Positions 9,142-19,773 of a stretch of 32,000 nt of DNA are shown piece after piece. Position numbers and translations under genes: made by a program. Every line of letters starts with the position of its first letter. Within the stretch, counting starts at the first letter, position 1. Source of the DNA: Trichodesmium erythraeum IMS101 (lineage in GTDB: Bacteria; Cyanobacteriota; Cyanobacteriia; Cyanobacteriales; Microcoleaceae); contig NC_008312.1 in assembly GCF_000014265.1 (NCBI RefSeq), positions 7,350,001 through 7,382,000 of the forward strand. Reading direction: 5' to 3'. The notes under the pieces are model-generated. The model saw only the letters and a program-made list of their open reading frames with translations. It ran no database searches and was not told the DNA's origin.

Positions 9142-10769
9142 CACCTTCGGAGAATTTATAGCTATTCCCCCCTCCCCCCAAAATATCAATTATACTTCTT
9201 TAATACTGAATAAAATCATATCCGGATAATTGTAACAAAAAAATAACAACCGTAAGCACCAGTTAATTCCTTCTGATGAGAGCTACAGATCCTCCTGCAA
9301 AAAAAACTCCCAGATTATAGGTTATGAGGCTTGAAAACCAATTTTTCAGTAAAAGTAAGGGGATAAAAATACAAAATTAGATTTTTCCTTTTTTTCCTTC
9401 TATTCGGGAAATCTAATTTCTCAGAATCTTCATCTCACCTAAATTTTATATTAACTTTAATGAAGAAGACTATCCTAAATGACTAGTTTGAACATTATAA
9501 TACATATAACTACCTTCATGGAATAGAGGAGTAGGAAATATGTTAAGAACTACTACATTTGACAAAGACTAATACCATACACTGATTCGATATATTAAAC
9601 AAACTATTCTTCATTGGCTGAAAACTTTTGGGAAATGTTTAGTTTGTTTGATAGTGAGTATATTGTTAGTCCATCTTGCTAAAAACTCTCAGATAAGCTA
9701 ATGATAATTACCGAAAAATTTGTTTTAAAGCGTCGCACACCCATCGGACAACTTTCAATTGTTTAATAACTAGGGTTCAAATACCCCCCTTGTCTCATAA
9801 ATATTGTAGAAAAGAAGAGGTTGGTCTAAATTCTCGGAAGTTGAGAGCAGAACTTAGAAGAGGAAACTTTTAGGTTTTGGATCAATTATATCCCCTAAAA
9901 TCATAAATAGGTAGTGCTAAACAAGTAATGATTAATTGCGGAGCATAGCTTTTACTGACCGTTTTAGCTAGATTCAAGCTAGCACTTAAGTCTTTGGCAC
10001 AACTGAAATTTGAATGGCTAATACTATACTAGATTATAGGCAGAAGCTTATCTGCCCCAATTATCCCCTCTCAGTAAGGGATAGAGTAAGTAATTTTTAT
10101 TCTTTACTTTAACCAGGAAAATTTCTCTCTTCCAGTTCCCTAGCTGTAATTTCAAATGCAGCCAACCCTAATAAATTGATTCACTTACCCATATTGGGAT
10201 CATACAATTTTCATATTCAGGTCAGGGTCTTTTTTCATTCTGATATTATGAGTGCTCAAAGTTGTTAACAATGCACAGAAAGATTCAACGGGTTCAGCGG
10301 GATCTCCCAATATCTATAATAAAACCTATAGACCCTTTTTAGTAACAGTCTCACCTTAGTGGCTTGAGGCTCACAGAAGTCTTAATTACTTGACTATGTG
10401 CGAATGGTAACTTATTAATAATTTGGTTAGGCGGTGGTTTGGTTTGATACCACAAACTACTATGTTTATTAGATTTTACTATAATCTACATAGCTTGATT
10501 AAGTATAACTATATCAATATATATAAACTTATATGAATAAATATTAATAAATTCAACAATAGTTTAACTAGTCCAAAATTGATATAATACTAGAATATTT
10601 ATAAATGCTCCCGACGTTGCTCTTAAGTGACAACGCGGGATAATTAAAATTACAAATGAGAGTGATTTATCCTCACTCCTGTATCAAAAAAAATACTATA
10701 AATTAGCAAATTAGCTTTGATCTAAGGGTGAAATCAATAGATAAAGCCCTGGAATTCCAATCAGGAATA

Positions 10770-11261
10770 TTAAAAACCTAAAGCTGCACGAGTACGAGGT
10801 CCAACAATACCATCTGCCCTTAAGCCAACATCCCGTTGGAATGCTTTAACTGCATACTTAGTCTTATGGCCAAAATAACCAGTTGCACGAGGATGATGAA
10901 AATATCCCATAAGTCCTAGTTGATGTTGCAACTTAGCAACCCTGTGTCCACGGCTACCATGGTGAAGATAATATCCATGACCATGGCGGTGACGACGATA
11001 AGAAGCATGACGATAGTGTGGACGACCATAGCGCCGACCTAAGCCACTACCATAACGATAATTAGGACTACCGCAGCGAGAGTAGCAATTAGCAGCAGCA
11101 GAATCAGCAGTTACGCTAAGAGAACTTAAAATAGTAGCGACTGATAGCAGACCCATCATCCCTAAGCTGGAAAACTTTTTCCAGTCGACTGCTTTCAACG
11201 TGGGTTCAACTATAAAACTTTCTTCGGTGGTAGCTAGATGAGAATATGCTAGTGTTTCCAT
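10770..11261 (-). CDS. Secreted peptidoglycan-binding (PG_binding_1) domain protein with a basic Arg/His/Tyr-rich spacer
   Basis: 163 aa, ATG start. The C-terminus VAKLQHQLGLMGYF...KYAVKAFQRDVGLRADGIVGPRTRAAL matches the PG_binding_1 helical repeat. The N-terminal 57 residues (METLAYSHLA...GMMGLLSVATIL..VTADSAAA) are shared with the neighbouring gene. Confidence 0.75.
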   Translation of the reverse strand: METLAYSHLATTEESFIVEPTLKAVDWKKFSSLGMMGLLSVATILSSLSVTADSAAANCYSRCGSPNYRYGSGLGRRYGRPHYRHASYRRHRHGHGYYLHHGSRGHRVAKLQHQLGLMGYFHHPRATGYFGHKTKYAVKAFQRDVGLRADGIVGPRTRAALGF

Positions 11262-11446
11262 GAATCCTCAACTCCTCTGATGAGTTATATTTGACAATTT
11301 TTTTGTGGGGTGAGCGTGAGCTTCTCGCTTTCAAGTCTTTCGCTTTGCACCAGACTCTACGAGTTTTAAGGACGGGTGCCACACCGCCCTATTTATATAT
11401 TTCTGCACTAAACTACCATATCAGATAGATTTTTAATGCAGAATGT

Positions 11447-11499
11447 TTAAAAAAACTTAAAAAGTCCCAACCAACTCTGTATTTATTTGTGGACTTTTA
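11447..11499 (-). terminator. Possible rho-independent terminator downstream of the Gly/Tyr-rich gene
   Basis: On the minus strand, AAAAGTCC....GGGACTTTT is followed by TAAGTTTTTTT. The stem is short with a long loop, so support is weak. Confidence 0.3.
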
Positions 11500-11509
11500 A
11501 TAAACCAAC

Positions 11510-11908
11510 TTAGTAGCAGCCACCGTAGCCACCGTAGCCACCACCGTAGCCACCATAGCGACTACCATAGCCACGAGAACCACCGTAGTTACCATAATTA
11601 CCATAGGAACGATTGTAGGAACTACTAACAACTTTTTTATAGTAGTGACCAGAATTACGACCATAGTTACCATGGTTACCATAGTTACTACCATAGCCAC
11701 CGTAGTCACCGTAGCCACCATAACCATAACCACCATAAGCAGAAGCAGAATCAGCAGTTACGCCCATTGCTCCGAATACAGTAGCAGCAGACAGTAAACC
11801 CATTGCACCAACGCTAGATAGTTTTTTAAAGTCTACACAAACAGTAAACTCTTGATTCTCTGAATTTTCTGCGCTATAGGCTAAATGGGAAAATGCTAAT
11901 GTTTCCAT
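11510..11908 (-). CDS. Secreted Gly/Tyr-rich low-complexity protein, paralogous leader to the 10770-11261 gene
   Basis: 132 aa, ATG start. The N-terminal module METLAFSHLA...GAMGLLSAATVF..VTADSASA aligns in the same register (residues 1-57) as the neighbour. The remainder is GYG/NYG repeats ending in GGCY. Confidence 0.6.
   Translation of the reverse strand: METLAFSHLAYSAENSENQEFTVCVDFKKLSSVGAMGLLSAATVFGAMGVTADSASAYGGYGYGGYGDYGGYGSNYGNHGNYGRNSGHYYKKVVSSSYNRSYGNYGNYGGSRGYGSRYGGYGGGYGGYGGCY
11513..11737. repeat. Short-period coding repeat (GGYGG-type, about 9-bp units such as ggctacggt)
   Basis: The plus strand reads ccaccgtagccaccgtagccaccaccgtagccaccatagc... The same periodicity creates the spurious alternative-frame ORF 11497-11736. 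Confidence 0.8.
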
Positions 11909-12315
11909 AAATTCCTCTGTTTAGTCAAATTAAATGAACTACTGCAAAACTGGATTTTACCTAACTAATAATTACATCCCAATTCAAAGAAGCCCATAAA
12001 GCAGGACTTTAAATTTAGACATAAAAATTGTATTTAAGGTTCAGCTTATCTACTCCCAGTCTGTGCAAAAACCGGACAGATTGATTGTCAAATTTGCATA
12101 TATGGAGCATCACATTAATTATATAACTTAAAGTAAAGTTGCCAAATCAAACTTTAACTAATTTAAATATTAGCTGGCCTTTACCCAGTAGAATGGACTA
12201 TTATAGGTCACAAAATCTTACTGCAAATTGACTTTAAAATCAATTTAACATGCTCAATCATTAAAAGCAAGTTTTTTTATCTTTAATATAGAAATATAGA
12301 AAACTTTAGAATATT

Positions 12316-14067
12316 TTGAAAAATCAAATTAAGCTTGGTATCCAGAAATCTAGATCTAGTTATTGGAAGCTCTTACCCTACATTTATGAATATTGGCCAA
12401 CTATTGTGAAGGCATTGACCTGCACATTAGTATTTACTATTTTCTGGCCTATTTTAGCTTGGTTAATGGGTGAAATGGCAGGTTATATCGGCAAGGGAGA
12501 TGTCAGAGCAATTATTCAACTTGCAGGGCTAGCAGCTATCATTTTTATGATTAAGGGCGCTGTACAATATGGTCAAGATACTCTGATGGCAAAAGCAGCT
12601 TTAACCATTGCTTTAGACTTGCGCAAACAATTGTATTCTCACTTACAAAAACTTCATATCAGTTACTTTGAAAAATCAAAAACTGGGGATCTTTCCTATC
12701 GAATTACAGAAGATATAGATCGTACTGGGGAAGTTATCAATAAATTTTTTCACCAATTTGTTCCTTGCATTTTACAATTAATAGTTGTATTAGGCTATAT
12801 GGTCTATCTTAACTGGCAATTAACTCTAGCAACTCTGATAATTGCACCTTTGATGGCATTATTAATAGGTTGGTTTGGAGAGTTATTACTTTCTTTTTCT
12901 CGCCAAAGTCAACATCGTATTTCCAATTTATCTGCTCTCATAACTGAAGTATTTAATGGTATTAGAATAGTTCAAACTTTTGCAGCTGAAGAATATCAAA
13001 TTGCTCAATTTTCTGTGGAAGCTGAACAAAACAGACAAGCAAAATATATGGCAGAAAAAGTTAAAGCACTCCAGTTTGTAGTAGTGGGTTTCTTGGAAGC
13101 AATGAGTGTGATTTTTTTATTTTTATTGGGAGGATGGCAAATATCTCAAGGAAATTTAAGTGGAGAAGGCTTTATTAGTTATGTAACAGGTGTTGCTTTG
13201 TTAATTGATCCGATTTCTTTAACAACAAGTAATTATAGTGAATTTAAACAAGGTGAAGCTTCATGCGATAGAGTTTTTGAAATCTTAAGAATTCAACCTA
13301 AAATTATACAAAAAACAGATGCAATTCCTCTTCCTACTGTAGTGGGAAAAGTAGAATATAAAAATGTTTGTTTTTCTTATAATTCTGAAAAGCAAGTTTT
13401 AAAAAATCTGAATTTGTTGGTAAAATCAGGGGAAATAATTGCTTTTGTAGGAGCCTCTGGAGCAGGTAAAACTACACTTATAAACTTGCTTCCTAGGTTT
13501 TATGACCCTCAGTCAGGGGAAATATTAATTGATGAGATAAATATTCAAGATGTTACTCTTATAAGTCTAAGAAGACAAATTGGAATTGTTCCCCAAGAGG
13601 TAACTTTATTTTCTGGAACTATCTTACAAAATATTGCCTTTGGTCAACTAGATTATAATATTTATGCAGTAAAAGAAGCAGCTAAAATTGCTAATGCTCA
13701 TCAGTTTATTACTAAGCTACCGGAAGGTTATCAAACTTGGGTAGGTGAAAGGGGAGTTAATTTATCTGGAGGGCAAAGACAAAGAATAGCGATCGCTCGT
13801 GCAGTATTAGAAAATCCGAGGATATTAATATTAGATGAAGCTACTTCTTCTCTAGACTATGAATCTGAATCTTTAGTTCAAGAAGCCTTAGAAAGATTGA
13901 TGGAAGGGAGAACTGTATTTATTGTTGCTCATAGGTTGACAACTGTACAACGTGCTAATCGAATTTTGGTTATGGAAAATGGTGAAATTGTAGAGTCAGG
14001 TACTCACATAGAATTATTAGAAAAAGGTGAACTTTACACTCGTTTATATCAGAAACAATTTAGTTAA
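12316..14067 (+). CDS. ABC transporter ATP-binding/permease fusion (MsbA/ABCB exporter type)
   Basis: 583 aa. Six-TM N-terminal domain, Walker A GASGAGKTT, signature LSGGQRQRIAIARA, Walker B ILILDEATSSLD. Only a TTG start is available at 12316. No C39 peptidase domain. Confidence 0.9.
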   Translation: MKNQIKLGIQKSRSSYWKLLPYIYEYWPTIVKALTCTLVFTIFWPILAWLMGEMAGYIGKGDVRAIIQLAGLAAIIFMIKGAVQYGQDTLMAKAALTIALDLRKQLYSHLQKLHISYFEKSKTGDLSYRITEDIDRTGEVINKFFHQFVPCILQLIVVLGYMVYLNWQLTLATLIIAPLMALLIGWFGELLLSFSRQSQHRISNLSALITEVFNGIRIVQTFAAEEYQIAQFSVEAEQNRQAKYMAEKVKALQFVVVGFLEAMSVIFLFLLGGWQISQGNLSGEGFISYVTGVALLIDPISLTTSNYSEFKQGEASCDRVFEILRIQPKIIQKTDAIPLPTVVGKVEYKNVCFSYNSEKQVLKNLNLLVKSGEIIAFVGASGAGKTTLINLLPRFYDPQSGEILIDEINIQDVTLISLRRQIGIVPQEVTLFSGTILQNIAFGQLDYNIYAVKEAAKIANAHQFITKLPEGYQTWVGERGVNLSGGQRQRIAIARAVLENPRILILDEATSSLDYESESLVQEALERLMEGRTVFIVAHRLTTVQRANRILVMENGEIVESGTHIELLEKGELYTRLYQKQFS

Positions 14068-14164
14068 TATCTTGAGTTGAATGCTTATAGTTATAGTTAA
14101 GCATTCACCTTTACTAAACTTGTGCTAAAGTTCAGCTATTATAGTAAAATATTTAACTCAAATT

Positions 14165-14189
14165 AAACCGCAAAAAAAATTTTGCGGTA
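14165..14189. terminator. Hairpin between convergent genes, possible bidirectional terminator
   Basis: ACCGCAAAA-aaaa-TTTTGCGGT flanked by A/T runs, located between the ABC exporter (+) and the AEC transporter (-). Confidence 0.3.
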
Positions 14190-14469
14190 AAAAAAACTTT
14201 TTCTACAAAGCCTAATTACTAATTTTAATTGTTGATATAAAATTTGATATAGGATGTGAAAAGCGAGTCCTATTAAAAAAGGAAATATGTTGGTAGTAAT
14301 GAGGTTAATACTAAAGAAAAAAAAGCATTAAAAAGCATTAAATATTAGTAAAAACAAGGATTTAGATTATTCGCATCCAGTGCTTTTTTTCTTAGAAAAA
14401 ACTTAAATATAAATTTACACCTCATTAGAAAACACTATAGCTGACTGGTAAGACATGAATGCTTATACA

Positions 14470-15378
14470 TCAAGATGTTGCCCCAATTGCCCACAAGACT
14501 ATCGGTAAAGTCAAAAAAGATAAAAGCGTTGATATTATCACAACTCTAGAAGTTCGTGTCGCATCCCCACCAAATTCATTAACTATTAAAAAAGAAGCTA
14601 AAGCACTTGGCATAGCACTTTCTAATACTAACACTTGTAAATCAAGCATTTCCAAGTTCATAATTTTACCAACTAAATAAGCAACAAATGCTCCTCCAAA
14701 CAAACGAATTAAACTAGCACCTAACTCATAAGTACCTGGTTGAAAACGATTTTTAGATATTTGTATTCCCATCAATAATAAAGAAATTGGAATTGCAGCT
14801 TCTCTCAAAATATGTAAACCATCATCAAGTTTTAAAGGTAATTCAATATTGAATAAGTTAAGAATTACACCTAAAATCATTCCCCAAATTATCGGTAATT
14901 TAAAAGTAAAAATAATACCAGATCGAAACCCCCCTCCTTTGAGAATGGCAGGCATTGTACTAAACACAATTAAATTCCATGATATTAAATAAATTATAGC
15001 CCTTTCTAACCCAGCTTCTCCTAATGCAAATAAAGCTACAGGTAACCCCATGTTTCCAGAATTAGGTAAAGCTGTAGTCGCCAATAAACTTTTTTGCAGA
15101 GACTCCGAAAAACCTAACCGTCTTCCTATTCCCCAAGGAATTAAACAAAGTAAAATATAAGTTAACCCAAAGGCTATAAATATCCCTATTGCTTCCTCAA
15201 TTCTCATAGTAGTTTGATACATTATATCGGTTAATAATGCAGGAAACAAAACATACAAAGCTAGCTGAGAAAGTGTCTGTTCATCAATGGAAAAATTTTT
15301 GCCAAATATAAAACCAATTAAAACTATACACCCCACTGGAAAAACAGCAGATACAACGGAAAAGAAAATCTCAATCAT
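14470..15378 (-). CDS. AEC (auxin efflux carrier) family transporter
   Basis: Polytopic protein with the typical AEC two-half topology. The ORF track starts at TTG 15399; the in-frame ATG at 15378 (MIEIFFSVVSAVFPV..) is the more likely start. Confidence 0.85.
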   Translation of the reverse strand: MIEIFFSVVSAVFPVGCIVLIGFIFGKNFSIDEQTLSQLALYVLFPALLTDIMYQTTMRIEEAIGIFIAFGLTYILLCLIPWGIGRRLGFSESLQKSLLATTALPNSGNMGLPVALFALGEAGLERAIIYLISWNLIVFSTMPAILKGGGFRSGIIFTFKLPIIWGMILGVILNLFNIELPLKLDDGLHILREAAIPISLLLMGIQISKNRFQPGTYELGASLIRLFGGAFVAYLVGKIMNLEMLDLQVLVLESAMPSALASFLIVNEFGGDATRTSRVVIISTLLSFLTLPIVLWAIGATS

Positions 15379-15442
15379 ACTAAAAAAATTATAAGTCAAT
15401 CATTGTACAAAGTTATTTCCCGGATATTTCTTAGTTTTGAAT

Positions 15443-16729
15443 TTATCTAGACATCTTTTGCACTTCACTAAAAACTCTCATTAAGTTTTTACCCCAAATT
15501 TTTTGAATATCTTTTTCAGTATATCCCCGTGCCATTAATTATTTTGTATTTTGTAATATTGGGTATTTGTGAAACATCATTCATTCCAAATACTCCACCA
15601 TCCCTATCTAAATCTAAAACAATAGCAACATGATTAATACTTATAACTTTTACCATGTAATCTATATGGTCTACTACATCAGCAACAGTGGGTTAATTTT
15701 TCAGATATTTCTTATTAATTTGACAATATTTTTCTTTGAGTACTTTTGTTTGTTCTTGGCTTAGTTTTCCATTTTTAAATGCAGCAAGTTTTTGTTCAAT
15801 TTATTTCATTGCTGTTTTTATTTATGGTATTTCCGGGATTTTTTTAATATAGTCATCAAAAATACAATTTTGTACAACTACATCATTTTATTTGACAATT
15901 TTTAAAATTTAATTACTCATATTTTAGGATTTTTTTTCTAGTTATCTAGCACTAGAATGAGATGCAATTACTGGTGCTTTTATTAACTTAATTAAATCCA
16001 AAAATGTATAATTATAGACATGATAAATATCAACCATGATACCCAAAATATTTATTTCTTTGATAACTTTTTTCCCATGGTAACTTAAGCCATTCCATTT
16101 TTGTTTTTGATATGTAGAAGAATCACCAAGCTCATTATTTTGGGTATGAGTTATTATTTTATATCTAATCCCTTGGTGATAGAAAAATTGAACATTACTA
16201 ATATCTTTACCAATTGGATAAGCATTTTCCATGCCCATAAATATTGCCATTTTTATAATTTTATCTAGCAGTTCAGCATCCTGTGCATTTAAGGCAAGTA
16301 AAATTTAAAAAAAATTGAACTCAACCATCTTTTTTGTTATTTTAATCATTTTAATTACTTCCTCTTTTCTCCGCTGATGTTCTTCTTTATTCCTCTATTT
16401 TTGAATAGTAAATATTGACGTAAATACAGCATATAGGCCACTTTCCTCAATTCGAGTAATATCTGACTGACTAATATCAATTCCTCCAGGTTGATGTCTG
16501 ATATTTGGTTGAAAATCAGGATATAAAAATTGATGATAAAGCAAATCAATATGACCGTTAACTGTTAAAAAAAATCGTGTATTTCTTCAGGAGTTAATAC
16601 TTTTTGTAACTGATATTGACTTACTTTAGGAGATGATAGTAATTGTTTCTTCGAGATAGTACATCCATTTACTGTAAAAGAAAGTAAAACTATTGGCAAT
16701 GATAAGACTAGATTTTTTGATAAGTTCAT
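15443..16729 (-). pseudogene. Membrane dipeptidase (peptidase M19) pseudogene
   Basis: Fragments in different frames on the minus strand: N-terminal lipoprotein-like MNLSKNLVLSLPIVLLSFTVNGC; then GHIDLLYHQF; then GMENAYPIGKD..GIRY.ITHTQNNELGDSS..GLSYHGKKVIKEINILGIMVDI.HV...TFLDLIKLIKAPVIASHSSAR (15942-16250); then a C-terminal ARGYTEKDIQKIWGKNLMRVFSEVQ. All are interrupted by multiple stops and frameshifts. Confidence 0.8.
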
Positions 16730-17170
16730 CTAGATGAAACCTCAAAATTATCATCATGAAAAGGTAGAGTTAAACCAATAATTATTAGTATTATGACACA
16801 TAAAACTTATTTATTATAAGACTGTAATAGTTCAGGAATAGGGAATATTGTAGTCATCAAATATTTCTGATATTATTGCTATTTTAGGAGTACTAAAAAA
16901 ATATAATATCTTGATTTTATAAAAATTCTCCAGTCTAAGGGAACTTTGCCATTATAAAAATCATGAAGGCTTTAAGTGGATAAACTAAATAAATTACACA
17001 TTTATCGAAACTAAAATTAAATTCTTGTGTAAACATCGCGCTTTGTAAATAATTTTATTTAGGTGCTTACCACCCAAAAACTTTGAGATAATTTCTGTAC
17101 TTATTGACATGGATATAAATTCTCTGACCATTAAATCAGGAATTATTTGAGTTGTTAGCATCTATATTGT

Positions 17171-17290
17171 TACTGTATTGAACTGTTTTAACTAAAATAA
17201 TACTTTAGATTTGTTATTGCAGCTAGAAAAAGTTATCTATTAAAAATTTGTGTTTTATAATATTTAATATTAAACAGTTCAGTACAGTGA
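17171..17290. repeat. Pair of ~20-bp inverted repeats separated by ~80 bp of AT-rich DNA
   Basis: tactgtattgaactgttta (17171-17189) versus taaacagttcagtacagtga (17271-17290). They match as reverse complements at about 18 of 20 positions. Confidence 0.5.
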
Positions 17291-17984
17291 TTATTAAATC
17301 AATTGCTTAAACTTACATAGGTAAAAATGTGGGAAACAAATCTAGTTATAATTTTAAGGCTAAATATTTTTTACTAAAAAAAAATTAATTTGATGTTCCA
17401 ATACAAAAATTCTTATAGTACTTCGGTAAAAAATTATAAGTTTTAGGGAATAGAGGACAAAGAATAAGGTACAGGGAATAGGAAATAAAGATACAAGCTT
17501 ACCTCGTACTTACTGAGAAACTCTATAAAGTCAAACTTAATCTTTTTAGAGAAGAGTTTCAAAGTATTAATCGACTATTCTGAATCTAACTCTTTTATTC
17601 TTATAATAATTTCCTCAAGTATGGCTACGCATCATACTCAAAAATGAAATTATATTATATTATTAAGATAAACAGTATAATTTAAGTCTAAATTATTGGT
17701 ATTATATATAGTTTTAACTATCAATATTTTTTCACTGTAATTTTATCAAATTTTACTTTTAAACTTGATAATTATTTTATAATAATAGCTAGATTAATAT
17801 CTTTTATTATACTGCTAAATTCAAAGTCAAGGTAGTACTTGAAAAACTTTATATTGATTAGTAGAAGCACTTACTTTAAAGATAAATAGAGAAAGTCAAT
17901 AATGGATAACATTTAATTGTTTATTTCTCAACTTAAAATTGTCACAGCAGTAGTTACTCAAACAACTTCAAAACAACAAAAAAA

Positions 17985-19020
17985 TATGAATTTTGGTAAA
18001 TGGTTAGGCTTTTTTAGTTTGCTGATTGTTCTATATATATTTTGGGAAATCCGACAACTTTTACTATTAATATTTGCTGCAATAGTTTTGGCAACTGCCT
18101 TAAATAGATTAGTACAAAAATTTAATAGATGGGGTCTTGAAAGAAATTTAGCTGTAATTGCTACTTTAAGTTTAGCTGCATTAATTATGCTGGTATTTTT
18201 GTTACTAATTGTACCACCTTTTATTAGCCAGTTTCAAAAATTAGTTGCCTTAATACCTGATGTTTTTACAGAAGTCCGCTCTCAACTTATCCAGTTATAT
18301 CAACAAAGACCAGATTTATTTCCAGCACCACCTACTGCTACTAATATGCTAGTACAAACACAAAAATTCGGTACTCAGTTATTTAGCAACTTTTTGAAGA
18401 TTTTTTCTAATACTTTTACAGTATTTTTGCAGGTACTTTTAGTATTTGTATTAACAATAATGTTTTTAGTTAATGCTCAAGCTTATCGACGAGTGGGATT
18501 ACTTTTATTTCCTTCTTTTTATCGCCGACGTGCAGATGAAATTATATCAAAGTGTGAAGTAGCTTTAGGGAATTGGTTTGGTGGAATAGTGATTAACTCT
18601 GTTTTTGTAGCGACCTTGAGTGGTATTGGTCTATTACTATTACAAATTGATTTAGTTTTGACTCATGCTTTACTTGCAGGTTTACTCAATTTTATTCCTA
18701 ATATTGGTCCGACTTTGAGTGTAGTTTTTCCTATAATGATTGCTTTTTTGGATACTCCTTGGAAAATAGCTGCAGTAGGAATTTTATATATTATTATTCA
18801 GAATATTGAAAGTTATTGGCTAAGTCCAGTTGTTATGGCAAAACAAGTCTCACTTTTACCTGCTATTACTTTAGGGGCCCAAATTTTCTTCACTACTTTT
18901 TTTGGAATTTTAGGTTTAATTTTGGCTTTGCCTTTAACAGTAGTAGCTAAAACTTGGATTGAGGAAACTTTATTCAAAGATATCTTAGATCCGTGGCAAC
19001 AAACATCTTCTATTTCGTAA
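17985..19020 (+). CDS. AI-2E family transporter (PerM/UPF0118)
   Basis: Polytopic protein with the conserved C-terminal block LNFIPNIGP....NIESYWLSPVVMAKQVSLLPAITL. The ORF track begins at TTG 17917; ATG 17985 (MNFGKWLGFFSLLIV) is the more plausible start. Confidence 0.85.
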
Positions 19021-19773
19021 CATAATTCTAAATGTTCTAATTAATATTTTACCTCTTTATATAGATAGCAAAAATAATCATAATTTTTGATTAATAAACA
19101 AAGTTTCAAGCCTCCGCCTTTTGAGGGGATAAAAAGAATATTTCAAATTTTCAGATTCCGACTCCAGCCGTCGTTACTGATAGCTGATAGAATTAAATAT
19201 TATAAAAATTATCAAAACCAATGCGCAAATTTTTATAATTGGATAAGCTAAATTATTTACCTATTTTTTAATTATGACTTATTAAATACATATTATTGGT
19301 AAGGTTAGGAGCTACGGAGGTATGGATAAACTTGAATGACAGAAGATGTTGTCAAAAATATTTTCTTTCAATTTTTCTATCCTTAAAATCTCAAAATTGA
19401 GGGTTTTGAGTCAACTTGTAGCAAAATATTGTACATTTTTTATACAAAAAAACCCTGAGTAATATTTAAGTAAATGCTTTCAGTTTTTTTCAGGTCACCT
19501 TAATTATTTTCGCTCATAATAATGCTAAGAACTTAGCTAATATAGATATGTAATGAATTTAGCACAACTACTTATCAATTTGAGAAATATTAAAAGTTCC
19601 ACCTAGACTTTTATAAACTTTTTTCTATGCTCAAACAAAAACTTTTGTTACTATGGTTAATCTGAAGTATATCAATTCAATTAACTACACTAAATAGAAA
19701 CTTTATAACATTATCAATAATCAGGTTTCTATTCTCAGCTTCCAAAATCTTTATAACATAACTATTACATTCT

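Noticed and set aside
9760-9790. tRNA-like T-arm motif (agggttcaaatacccc)
   Set aside because: The flanking bases do not form a T stem (TAGGG versus ACCCC), and no acceptor, D or anticodon arms can be drawn upstream.
11497-11736. 79-aa ORF MVVMVMVATVTTV...
   Set aside because: It is an alternative reading frame of the short-period GGYGG-type repeat. The frame carrying the conserved METLAF leader is the credible one.
10770-14067. Possible RiPP or bacteriocin locus: leader-bearing small proteins next to an ABC exporter
   Set aside because: The ABC protein lacks a C39 peptidase domain. The leaders have no double-glycine motif but do have a hydrophobic signal-like core with an AxA site. No modification enzyme is nearby, and the genes are divergently oriented about 400 bp apart. 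Ordinary secretion is more parsimonious.
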